A DNA stretch of 64,000 nt, taken from the NCBI GenBank assembly GCA_044892525.1, contig CM097887.1:81012397-81076396 (forward strand), given 5' to 3'. A program made the position numbers and the translations under genes. Positions 35,676 to 44,549 of the stretch are shown here, piece after piece. Numbering within the stretch: the first letter of the stretch is position 1; each line of letters opens with the position of its first letter. The DNA comes from Schmidtea polychroa (Eukaryota). A model generated the notes under the pieces. That model searched no databases. It was not told the DNA's origin and saw only the letters and a program-made list of their open reading frames with translations.

Positions 35676-37670
35676 CTATACCTCGGTTTCGTAAATATTT
35701 TCCCAATAACGCATATCTCGTATATTTAATCTAAACATCCATAGGGTGGTTAAGAGCAAAATTAAAATCATGCAAATTACTCCCCCTATCATAATTAACA
35801 ATAGCCATGTTGGCGTTTTCTCCCTCGCTGCCCCCTTTAACGTATTTTGACAACTACCATTATTAATTATTTTAGTTATGCGGGGCTGTTTCACATTCGC
35901 TACCTTTCTAATACTAAACCAATCTAAAGCATTTATTCCTTTACAACCAGGAATATTTACTAATCTAGCCTTTCCTTCTTTGCTAGTTAGTTCTCCCTTT
36001 GTGGGAGGTATTAGATTTACTATTTCTTGATATATTGTATACCAACCGGTTCTCTCCGTAAATTCCAAATACGAAATATTCGCTTTAGTCACGGTATCTG
36101 GTTTGATTTTCCATCTTCTACTTAGATACGCATGGTTGAGCACTAATCTCTCGACTCGCTGGTCGTTTTCTAATATGACGATTAGCGCAATTTTATTATT
36201 CGTCCTCCAATTGTGAGTGGAAGATGTGTCATTTCTTTTCCACCGTGGATGAGTAAATCTTACTATCTGCCCGAGATATGAAATCTCTACTTTTTTGGTA
36301 AATTTTTCAGTCTTCAAAATCCATGCTGCTTTATCTACACAATCTCCTCCGTCTGCAAAAACGTTTGGATCTGCAAAAAATGTTTTGATTTCTAATAGAT
36401 AACTTGTATTCGGCATAAGTCCTTCTATTACTTTTACTCGATCCCATGTATTCAAGTGAAATGATATCCCTCTTTCAGCAGCTACCAAATATAAATCATA
36501 TCTATGCCATTGTATATTCGTTAAATGAAATCTGAACGCTCTATCTGTTCGTTGATATTCGATATCTGGATGTTGACTGGCTTTAGGTGTGAATACCTCG
36601 AATGCTTGTCCAATCATCATAACACAACTAATCACTGCTAGAAATGTAACTGTTTTCGGTACTTGCCGAGATCGTAAGGGGTATCGTTCCGGTTGTCCTT
36701 TTAGGATACTTTTGTATGATTCCAACGTTTTCTTTTTCGATTTCTTATCTATTTCGAATTCATTGATTTCTGATTTTGGTTTCTCCTTTTCTGGTGGGGC
36801 TATCTTTTTACATCTGTTTGCATGAACCATTATCGGTTCTGCTTTTCTGTTTGCCACTAACTGCAAGACTAAATTTGTTTCTGTGACTTTCAAAATTTGA
36901 TACGGCCCTTTGTAATTTCTCATTAATTTTGGAGATAAACCTTTTTTGTTGTAATGTCCTTCTAACATGACATAATCTCCTACCAAAAACCCATGATCCT
37001 TCGTTTTACGATCATGATATTCCTTCATCGTTTCTTGGTTATAACGAATGTTCAAACCTGCTTTCTCCCAGGCTTCTTGCATTCTCTCTCTCATCTCGAA
37101 TAAGTAATTTCCCTCATCACAATTCTGTGAAGCTTTCGGATAAAATATAAGATCTACTGGCATCTTACTATGCCTTAAATACATCAGATAGAAAGGTGTT
37201 TCTCCTGTTACTGAATGAACAGCATTTCTGTACGCAAACAAACACGACGGTACTGGCATTGGTTTCAATGGAACATGTGGTTTCCTGCCTGTGTTCCTTC
37301 TGGTTATACATATCTTACATGATTGACACCACTTTTTAACATCATCTTTCATATCTGGCCAGAAGTATTTCATTTTTAATCTTGACAGTGTATGTCTAGC
37401 TGAGAGATGTCCTCCCAGTGCTCCGTCGTGGTATTGTAATAATAGTGATTCTCTGTATTTCTTTGGTACTAATATTACATTATCCCTTGATTCAACGTAT
37501 TTGATTAGCCCTTCTTCCAATATGAATTTATCTTTATGTTTCTCCCAATATTTCTGAAATTCATTTGGTATGGCCTTTGCTTCTATAGCTTGTCTGATCA
37601 TATTGATTTCGTCATCATTTTTCTGTGCTTCTACTATGTCGCTCAAAGTGTTAGCCTCTCTTGTTAGCAT
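35676..37670 (-). CDS. Integrase (HHCC zinc finger and C-terminus, catalytic core deleted) fused to a signal-like segment, FN3-like ectodomain, TM and tail YETEV
   Basis: YHDGALGGH...CQSCKIC zinc finger. PVPS joins directly to CLFAYR with no DDE core. GPY motif, TVTFLAVISCVMMIGQA segment, IEGLMPNTSYLLEI (FN3 signature) and TM WLLLIMIGGVICMILILLL. Confidence 0.85.
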   Translation of the reverse strand: MLTREANTLSDIVEAQKNDDEINMIRQAIEAKAIPNEFQKYWEKHKDKFILEEGLIKYVESRDNVILVPKKYRESLLLQYHDGALGGHLSARHTLSRLKMKYFWPDMKDDVKKWCQSCKICITRRNTGRKPHVPLKPMPVPSCLFAYRNAVHSVTGETPFYLMYLRHSKMPVDLIFYPKASQNCDEGNYLFEMRERMQEAWEKAGLNIRYNQETMKEYHDRKTKDHGFLVGDYVMLEGHYNKKGLSPKLMRNYKGPYQILKVTETNLVLQLVANRKAEPIMVHANRCKKIAPPEKEKPKSEINEFEIDKKSKKKTLESYKSILKGQPERYPLRSRQVPKTVTFLAVISCVMMIGQAFEVFTPKASQHPDIEYQRTDRAFRFHLTNIQWHRYDLYLVAAERGISFHLNTWDRVKVIEGLMPNTSYLLEIKTFFADPNVFADGGDCVDKAAWILKTEKFTKKVEISYLGQIVRFTHPRWKRNDTSSTHNWRTNNKIALIVILENDQRVERLVLNHAYLSRRWKIKPDTVTKANISYLEFTERTGWYTIYQEIVNLIPPTKGELTSKEGKARLVNIPGCKGINALDWFSIRKVANVKQPRITKIINNGSCQNTLKGAAREKTPTWLLLIMIGGVICMILILLLTTLWMFRLNIRDMRYWENIYETEV

Positions 37671-37679
37671 GAAGATTGT

Positions 37680-40600
37680 TCATTCTAATCTTCCTTCCTT
37701 TATATCTTCTAACTCAGGCTCTTGTTCCATTCGTGATAATGCATCTGCATTACCATTAGCTTTACCTTTACGATATACTATTTCGATATTATATGGCTGT
37801 AATCTCAATGCCCATCTTACTAATTTTGATGCTTCATCCCTATGTTTTAATAGCCATTGCAATGGTCTATGATCCGTATAGAAAATTACCTTTCTGCCCC
37901 ATAGGTAATGACTAAATTTTTCCACTGCAAATACTAATGCTAATGCTTCCAATTCTATTACAGCATAACTTTTTTCGTGTGGCTTCAATCCACGACTTGC
38001 ATATGCTACTGCGTACTCATCGCCAATTTCGTCTTTCTGTCCCAAAACGGCACCTATACCTCTTGTGCATGTATCGGTCATCACCATGAATTGTCTTTTA
38101 AAATCTGGAAATCGTAGAATTGGTGGTTTGCATAGTGCATCTTTTAACTTATCGAATGCCTGTTGCTGATCTTCTCCCCATAAAAATTTTATACCTTTCT
38201 TTTCTAAGGTAGTTAGAGGAAAAGCTATTGCTGAAAAATTTCGTATAAATTTCCGATAGTATCCCGTCAACCCTAAAAATCCTTTGATTTGTTTTACATT
38301 CACTGGTTGTGGGAAATTCTTTACTTTATCCGTGTTCGCCGGATCTGGTCTTACGCAATCGTGTGATATTACATGCCCCACGTAAATCACTTCCGATTCT
38401 GCCCATTTGCATTTGCTTGGCTTTACTTTCAGGTTTGCCATAATCAATCTTTTGAAAATGTCTTCTAGATGTTCCAAATGTTTATCTAAATCTTCCGAGA
38501 AGATGATAATATCGTCTATATATACCATTGCGTGATGTGCATCCATCAACATGATATTCATTGCTCTCTGAAAAGTTGGAGGGGCTCCTTTTAATCCAAT
38601 CGGCATTACTAAGTATTCAAAATGATCACTACTTGTAGAAAATCCTGTCATAGGAATTGAGTCTTCGCTCATCTTTATTTGATAAAAACCTTTCTGTGCA
38701 TCCATCACAGTAAACAACTTTGAATTTTTCATTTTATCATAAATGTAGTCTAGCAAAGGTAGCGGGTGATTATCACTAACTGTTTGTTCATTTAATTTCC
38801 TATAGTCATTACATAATCTGACTGAGCCGTCTCTTTTAGCTACAACCACCAAAGGTGAGGAATATGGAGATTTACTGGGTCTGATTATATTATATTTTTG
38901 CATTAATTTAATTTGTTTTTCAACGGACCCTTGTATGCTTTGAGGTATTCTGTACGGGCGAATTTTTATCGGTTTATTTTCTGTTAATTTAATCTCATGC
39001 TCTAGAATATTAACTTGCCCTAAGTCATATTCGTGTTTTGCGAAAACTTGGTCATATTTACGTAATAATTGATTGACTCTGATATTTTCTTTTCTAGATA
39101 AAGCTTTACTATCGCAGCTCGGTGCGTCGTAATATTCGATATCAGGATCTCGTTCATCCTCTTCTACTGCTAATATCGATTCATGCTCTTTCTGCATGTT
39201 AGAAAGTTGTATCACTTTACCCACTCTAGTCTCTGGGTATAATCTCAATGATTTGCTCGCTAGATTTGTTAATCTAATCGGGATCCTTCCTCCCCGTACT
39301 GTTGCCAAGTTTTGCACCATAGGCGTTTTATACCTATTTACGAACTGCTCACTGGGTTCGAAAATAACATCTCCTTCCACCTCTTGGTGTGTTGCTACGA
39401 AACAAACTGTTTCGGTCCTCGGTGGTATTGTCACCGTTCTATCCAAAAACACTACATCCACACTGTAGGTTTTCCGTTTTCTACCAGTCATTTTCACTAA
39501 TTCACCTGTTGCACAATCGAATACAATATCTTTTAACTTTTTCAATATATCCATTCCCACGATATATTCTGCCATACATTGTCTAGTGACCTTGATATCG
39601 TGTCTAAATTTTTGATCACACAACCTTAATTCGCAATCTAATGTTCCGATAACATTGATAGGTTGTCCATTTGCTCCCGATGCAACAAGTAATGTCGGCA
39701 CTATTGCTTGTAATTCTTTTTCATTTAATAAATTTGCTTCGATCAATGTCAAATCTGATCCTGAATCAATAATGGCATGTACCGTATGCCTGTTAACTTT
39801 TAATTTAATCGTAGGTTTATGAGTCTTTTTACCCATATTGACCATTAATATTGTTGAGATTCCTCGAATATTGTCTCTGAACTTTTGTTGATCATCACTA
39901 TCTTTGTCATTTTCTGATTTTATTTCATCTTTATACTCTTCCTTTAGCCGTTTCAACGTGCTAAATGGATATTTCGGTACCATCTCAAATACTGATGTAC
40001 CCAAGGGTGGCATTGTCTCGAACTTCATTTTATACGTTGGGTATGAGGTAGATGGTGATATATCTGTATTCGTTCTAAACTCGAGCCTCTTTAACATTTC
40101 CTCTTCAACTCGTTCTGGTATTATCTTTTTTCTACCCTCGTATGGAGACAAGTAATTTACGGGCCACTCCTGCCGTTTCCTCCTTTTTGCTTTAACAGGG
40201 TACTGTTGTAAAGTACTGTTTTCAAAATTTTGAAATTTCGGTTTTTTGTTGTCTGGTTTTATTGAGGTGTTGTCTGAGGTCTCATAGCCCTCTAGGTTAC
40301 CTCCCTTGTCAGAATTGTCATCGTCTCGATGACTAGGTTCATACATTATTAACTCATGCTTCTTTATAGTTTGTCTCTTCATTCTTTTAATCTCTTTATT
40401 ATGATGATGAAATACTGCAAAATCTGCACAAACTGGACACATTCCTAGTAGCAACTTCCAAGACCATCCCCCGATCTTGAAGATACTATAGGTAGAAAAT
40501 AATTGCGATATGATTATTTTCAATATCATCACTATTGCATATATACCTGAACATCGTGCTACAAAAATGCCAAAGCTTGTAAATCTACCCCAGATTTTCC

Positions 40601-42578
40601 GTATTACATTGGATGCAGCTTGTTTATAATGTTCTGGTCCAAATAATAAGTTATAGTCCGGTTTTCCATCATATGATTGATAGATTCTTGTTATTATTTC
40701 CGTCACTCCCCTATCTCTGATTTGGGGAAATACGATTGCTCTCCGAGCTTCTTCAATATCTTCCGGATTATATACTCCTCCTTTTGACATCTCGTTTAAT
40801 GGTTGAAACTCCATTTTAGTTTCTAACTTTGTCGCTTGAAGCACTTCAACTGGTTTTGAAGGCGGTTTTCTATCTGGCAACGAAATCCAAATATTGTTAA
40901 TTTTGTATAATGGTGACATTGCTAGATTGCAAATTGCTGTTAATGGTGAGGTATCCTCCTTTAATAGCTGGTGTGATACTGGCATCAGGAATCTCAATTT
41001 TCCTTTATATTTTACTGGTAACTCCAATGTACATCGATCATATTTGGTAATTTCCACCTCTATTGCTTTGCACTGATAGCTATAAATTGCTTCGCCCAAA
41101 ATTCTGCCGAATGTTCCTTCCTCTGTCAACATTGGCATTATTAGATCCGGATTAGCTATAGATATTGCTAATCTATTCCGTATTATTTCCCGATTTAAAC
41201 GACAGTCGTTCAGGATCACTTCCTGATAGACATCTAATAATTGTTTCTGCAGATCATGATACAAGAAATCAATCTTATTATTGATATACTTGGCTATTTT
41301 AATATCTGATAGATGCAATGATTCTGCTGCTGGAACATACTTGTATGCTAAGTATATTCCCTTGTAGTTGGTTTCAAATATTGGTACACCACATTTCGTT
41401 GTCTGTTTCTTTCTGACTAAACGAATTGCATCTGTTGGGTCCTTGGAGACTAATACTACTGCTGTGCTTTTCTCCGGTACTACTTCCTTTTTCGTTTTGT
41501 GAGTTATCTTGTCTCCCCAACCACTTTGTTGTGAATCCTGAGACGTAAAACTTTTCCCATCTAGCCTTGAAAATACTACCTTTTTCAGGTATCCTAAATC
41601 ACAAAAATCTCTCATTGATTGGTACGTTAATACTGCTAAACTGGTTTTACAATAACCATATTTCACGTTGCATTCTGGATGAGACATCATTTTTCCCGTG
41701 GATATTTCGAAAGTTCCTTCGTACTCTATCAGCTCTACTGTGTAGTCCTCAACTGTTACCACATAGCTTACTACATTAGAACCTCTAACTTTCTTTCTAC
41801 CATGACAAGAACCATCTTCTGCTATCGGTCCTCCCCGGGTAATAGTTATACCCAACTTTTTCCCTTCTTCTGCGGTAATTGTTACCTCATGATCTATTTT
41901 AACTGTTTTTGACCGAAAAGCATTTACACAATCCTCTGGTGGGATGATTAACGGTATAGGAATGAGTTTAGCTCCTAAAAATGCTGAATAACTATTCGAT
42001 CCACAGTAATATTCGAACGTCGCTCTCTGTATTCGACATTCCCTCACTCTGGTTCTGTAAAACTCTGTTTGCTGATAAACGTGATATTCTACGTCTTCCC
42101 TTTTTGCAACTTTATCTGGATATGCTTCCTTGCATTCCACTGTATCAACTAATGAGTAGATTCGCGATAGTATTGGTTCACTACAATCATATGCCGTTAG
42201 GGAATTTGTCTGTCGCAGTATTCCCATCATTACCAACAACATCATCATCCAACTAGTAAATCCACCTGTTCCCCGTGGACTACTTGAAATATTTTCTGTC
42301 AACAATTCTTCATTTAATTCATATTTTCCTTTCGTTTCTTTTATATCCCAAAACTTGTGCTCAGTCATCCATGTTCTGAAATTTACTTCGATGATATCAG
42401 TTAGTTTGTCTATGGCTGCTGGAATTTTCGACGAATCATCTTTAATTATGCTCAATGCATTTTTAAACATTAAGGCTAGAATCGTTATCATTTTTCCTTT
42501 CGTCAGGCCTTCATCTATGAATTGTCCTGCTATTTCGAACATCTCCTGTTCCGTCGTGCTTCCTGGAATCTTTTCCAT
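37680..42578 (-). CDS. pol: Polyprotein: chuvirus-like fusion glycoprotein (~42248-40400), linker, aspartic protease, reverse transcriptase, RNase H
   Basis: 1632 aa. Signal MMMLLVMMGILRQTNS then AYDC and GEAIYSYQC..EV......CTLELPV, a TM near 40590-40410, PR IIDSGS, RT LCNDYRKLN and YIDD, RNase H MTD/ELEALA/YTDHRPL/ADALSR. Confidence 0.92.
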   Translation of the reverse strand: MEKIPGSTTEQEMFEIAGQFIDEGLTKGKMITILALMFKNALSIIKDDSSKIPAAIDKLTDIIEVNFRTWMTEHKFWDIKETKGKYELNEELLTENISSSPRGTGGFTSWMMMLLVMMGILRQTNSLTAYDCSEPILSRIYSLVDTVECKEAYPDKVAKREDVEYHVYQQTEFYRTRVRECRIQRATFEYYCGSNSYSAFLGAKLIPIPLIIPPEDCVNAFRSKTVKIDHEVTITAEEGKKLGITITRGGPIAEDGSCHGRKKVRGSNVVSYVVTVEDYTVELIEYEGTFEISTGKMMSHPECNVKYGYCKTSLAVLTYQSMRDFCDLGYLKKVVFSRLDGKSFTSQDSQQSGWGDKITHKTKKEVVPEKSTAVVLVSKDPTDAIRLVRKKQTTKCGVPIFETNYKGIYLAYKYVPAAESLHLSDIKIAKYINNKIDFLYHDLQKQLLDVYQEVILNDCRLNREIIRNRLAISIANPDLIMPMLTEEGTFGRILGEAIYSYQCKAIEVEITKYDRCTLELPVKYKGKLRFLMPVSHQLLKEDTSPLTAICNLAMSPLYKINNIWISLPDRKPPSKPVEVLQATKLETKMEFQPLNEMSKGGVYNPEDIEEARRAIVFPQIRDRGVTEIITRIYQSYDGKPDYNLLFGPEHYKQAASNVIRKIWGRFTSFGIFVARCSGIYAIVMILKIIISQLFSTYSIFKIGGWSWKLLLGMCPVCADFAVFHHHNKEIKRMKRQTIKKHELIMYEPSHRDDDNSDKGGNLEGYETSDNTSIKPDNKKPKFQNFENSTLQQYPVKAKRRKRQEWPVNYLSPYEGRKKIIPERVEEEMLKRLEFRTNTDISPSTSYPTYKMKFETMPPLGTSVFEMVPKYPFSTLKRLKEEYKDEIKSENDKDSDDQQKFRDNIRGISTILMVNMGKKTHKPTIKLKVNRHTVHAIIDSGSDLTLIEANLLNEKELQAIVPTLLVASGANGQPINVIGTLDCELRLCDQKFRHDIKVTRQCMAEYIVGMDILKKLKDIVFDCATGELVKMTGRKRKTYSVDVVFLDRTVTIPPRTETVCFVATHQEVEGDVIFEPSEQFVNRYKTPMVQNLATVRGGRIPIRLTNLASKSLRLYPETRVGKVIQLSNMQKEHESILAVEEDERDPDIEYYDAPSCDSKALSRKENIRVNQLLRKYDQVFAKHEYDLGQVNILEHEIKLTENKPIKIRPYRIPQSIQGSVEKQIKLMQKYNIIRPSKSPYSSPLVVVAKRDGSVRLCNDYRKLNEQTVSDNHPLPLLDYIYDKMKNSKLFTVMDAQKGFYQIKMSEDSIPMTGFSTSSDHFEYLVMPIGLKGAPPTFQRAMNIMLMDAHHAMVYIDDIIIFSEDLDKHLEHLEDIFKRLIMANLKVKPSKCKWAESEVIYVGHVISHDCVRPDPANTDKVKNFPQPVNVKQIKGFLGLTGYYRKFIRNFSAIAFPLTTLEKKGIKFLWGEDQQQAFDKLKDALCKPPILRFPDFKRQFMVMTDTCTRGIGAVLGQKDEIGDEYAVAYASRGLKPHEKSYAVIELEALALVFAVEKFSHYLWGRKVIFYTDHRPLQWLLKHRDEASKLVRWALRLQPYNIEIVYRKGKANGNADALSRMEQEPELEDIKEGRLE

Positions 42579-42644
42579 AGCTTTCTTGACTTTTTCTGCA
42601 ATTTTGTCAACATTAACACTTTTATCTTTCTTGATTTGCCTTAA

Positions 42645-43919
42645 TCACCATGTTTCCGTTTTATCACTAGCGTCTCCAACGCTTTTATCGATTTGGCTAG
42701 CTATCCCTGCTAGAGCCTGCTTAGTTACATTTTGTATTGTAACTGGTTTTAGAAGTTCTCTTGGAGGTGGGTTCATTTGACTTTTCCTCGGTCTACCCCT
42801 TCTCTCCCTTTTCTTTTTATTCTCGACTAATTTCGGGCTCACTCTTTCTCTTGGTGGCTCGACTTGTCGCGATGTACTAGCTCCGATATTTGTTTCATCT
42901 TGATTTAAATGTACTTCATTATCTTCTTCTGTAGGAAATATTTCGACCAACTCGTCTTCAGTGTTATCAAGTTCCTTGAGATACTTATCTATCTCTTCAT
43001 CTAAATCCACTGTAGTTACGGGTTCCTGGTGAGTATTCCCGTCTACTTGTTTTTGCTCAGGATGTACTGTTTCATCCTCCATTTCTGCATTATCTGGCAA
43101 TCTCAAAGTTGCCCATTCAATCTCTGGAAACTCTACCAGTAATATTAATACAACTGTTTCCTCATTGGGAAAACATCCAACATCTACTAGAAATTCGTCG
43201 TCATCCACCTGACAACCATGTATCATTATGAGGAATGACTCTTTTAATATTTCTGATATCCTTTTTCTCAGTTTCTTTACCCTATGATAACATGAGAATT
43301 GTTGTATCAGGTGTCCTCTCCTGGGTATCCTGATATCTAACATCACTGGACCTTGTCTACCTTCCAAATGTCTAATAGCATGTCCATTTTTAATCAACAG
43401 CATCTTTGCTTGTGTCTGGAATTGTGATGTCTCTTTTACTAAAGGCACCACCAATGGCATTATCTCTCTAAGAGTATCTACTGGGATTCGCAACTCCAGT
43501 ATCCAATCCATTATCATCTTAATGGCTTCCCCATCTCTTGGGTTTTTCATCAGTTCAATTCCCAATCTATGTGGTACGGCTGATATTTGATTTAATTGAT
43601 CAATTTCAATCTCGCTTATAGTAAGGACATTATCCAAGTCCACTACTGTAACAGTTTCCTTGTGAAACTTTGCTTTTATAACCATATTTTTCCCTGGTAG
43701 TATACCACAATCTAACAAGGTTTCTCCCTCTAATAATCTTTCTCCCAATAAATATAGTTTGCATCTCTGTTGAGGTTTTACCACAGAAACTCTCTTTGCC
43801 AATGCTTCTACCTTTTCACTTGGGTTAATTGTATATCTACGAAAACAACCTTTTGGGAAAGATACAAAAATTGTAGAATCCTCCAGATTCTCTCTTTGTT
43901 TCCAATTTAGGCCAATATT
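42645..43919 (-). CDS. Segment with two ubiquitin-like domains, an acidic linker and an AT-hook/NLS
   Basis: The frame is open from 43919. UBL1: TIFVSFPKG...INPSEKVEAL...KLYLLGERLLEGETLLDCGILPGKNMVI. UBL2: VMLDIRIPRRG...IMIHGCQVDDDEFLVDVGCFPNEETVVLIL. Also KKKRERRGRPRK. Confidence 0.7.
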   Translation of the reverse strand, partial: NIGLNWKQRENLEDSTIFVSFPKGCFRRYTINPSEKVEALAKRVSVVKPQQRCKLYLLGERLLEGETLLDCGILPGKNMVIKAKFHKETVTVVDLDNVLTISEIEIDQLNQISAVPHRLGIELMKNPRDGEAIKMIMDWILELRIPVDTLREIMPLVVPLVKETSQFQTQAKMLLIKNGHAIRHLEGRQGPVMLDIRIPRRGHLIQQFSCYHRVKKLRKRISEILKESFLIMIHGCQVDDDEFLVDVGCFPNEETVVLILLVEFPEIEWATLRLPDNAEMEDETVHPEQKQVDGNTHQEPVTTVDLDEEIDKYLKELDNTEDELVEIFPTEEDNEVHLNQDETNIGASTSRQVEPPRERVSPKLVENKKKRERRGRPRKSQMNPPPRELLKPVTIQNVTKQALAGIASQIDKSVGDASDKTETW

Positions 43920-44549
43920 TCACAGAATTTCTCTCAATTCTGGATAATATTCCTCATTTCTGTCTAACTCTGATATGATATCTATTACTTTGTCAACCTC
44001 ATTCTCATTAACGGGGTTTAAACGAATATTTTCTAATTTCTGTCTCATTTCTCTTTGCCATACGCTCTTGCGTAATAGTATTTTTCTACAGTCATCGATG
44101 GGATTTCTTTCCTCTTTCGATGCTTCTCGAACCTTTATTGGTTCACTACCACACTCACCTCGCATGGATGATGTGGCTATAAGAACTTCCGGTTCACTGA
44201 CCGAAGCCCTTGTTTTTTCCAAAACTCCTGTTGGAACAATTTCATTAGCTACTGGATCCATGTCCAAAGCCTTACGATTTTTAACTGGTGAAACCGGTAA
44301 ACCTTCTATTTCTCTGTTGGCTTCTGGCTCCATGGCCACAGCCACTAGATTTTTCCTGGGTGAAACCTGTAAACCCTCACAGACCTCTGGTTCCATGACC
44401 ATAGTCTTTTCCTCTTTGTCCTCCCTTGGACTCTCTTGAAGCATCAACACTTCAAGTTCTACATAAGTTATTATTATTATTATTACCACGAAAATTCCTA
44501 TCGGGGCTTCTATTTCTACTACTGTTATTATTTGAATTATTCCCCCCAA
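43920..44549 (-). CDS. Acidic low-complexity linker ORF overlapping the gag end in the +1 frame
   Basis: Repeats of MEPE..EGL.VSP.KN. It shares the frame of all downstream polyprotein segments. Confidence 0.65.
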   Translation of the reverse strand: MGGIIQIITVVEIEAPIGIFVVIIIIITYVELEVLMLQESPREDKEEKTMVMEPEVCEGLQVSPRKNLVAVAMEPEANREIEGLPVSPVKNRKALDMDPVANEIVPTGVLEKTRASVSEPEVLIATSSMRGECGSEPIKVREASKEERNPIDDCRKILLRKSVWQREMRQKLENIRLNPVNENEVDKVIDIISELDRNEEYYPELREIL

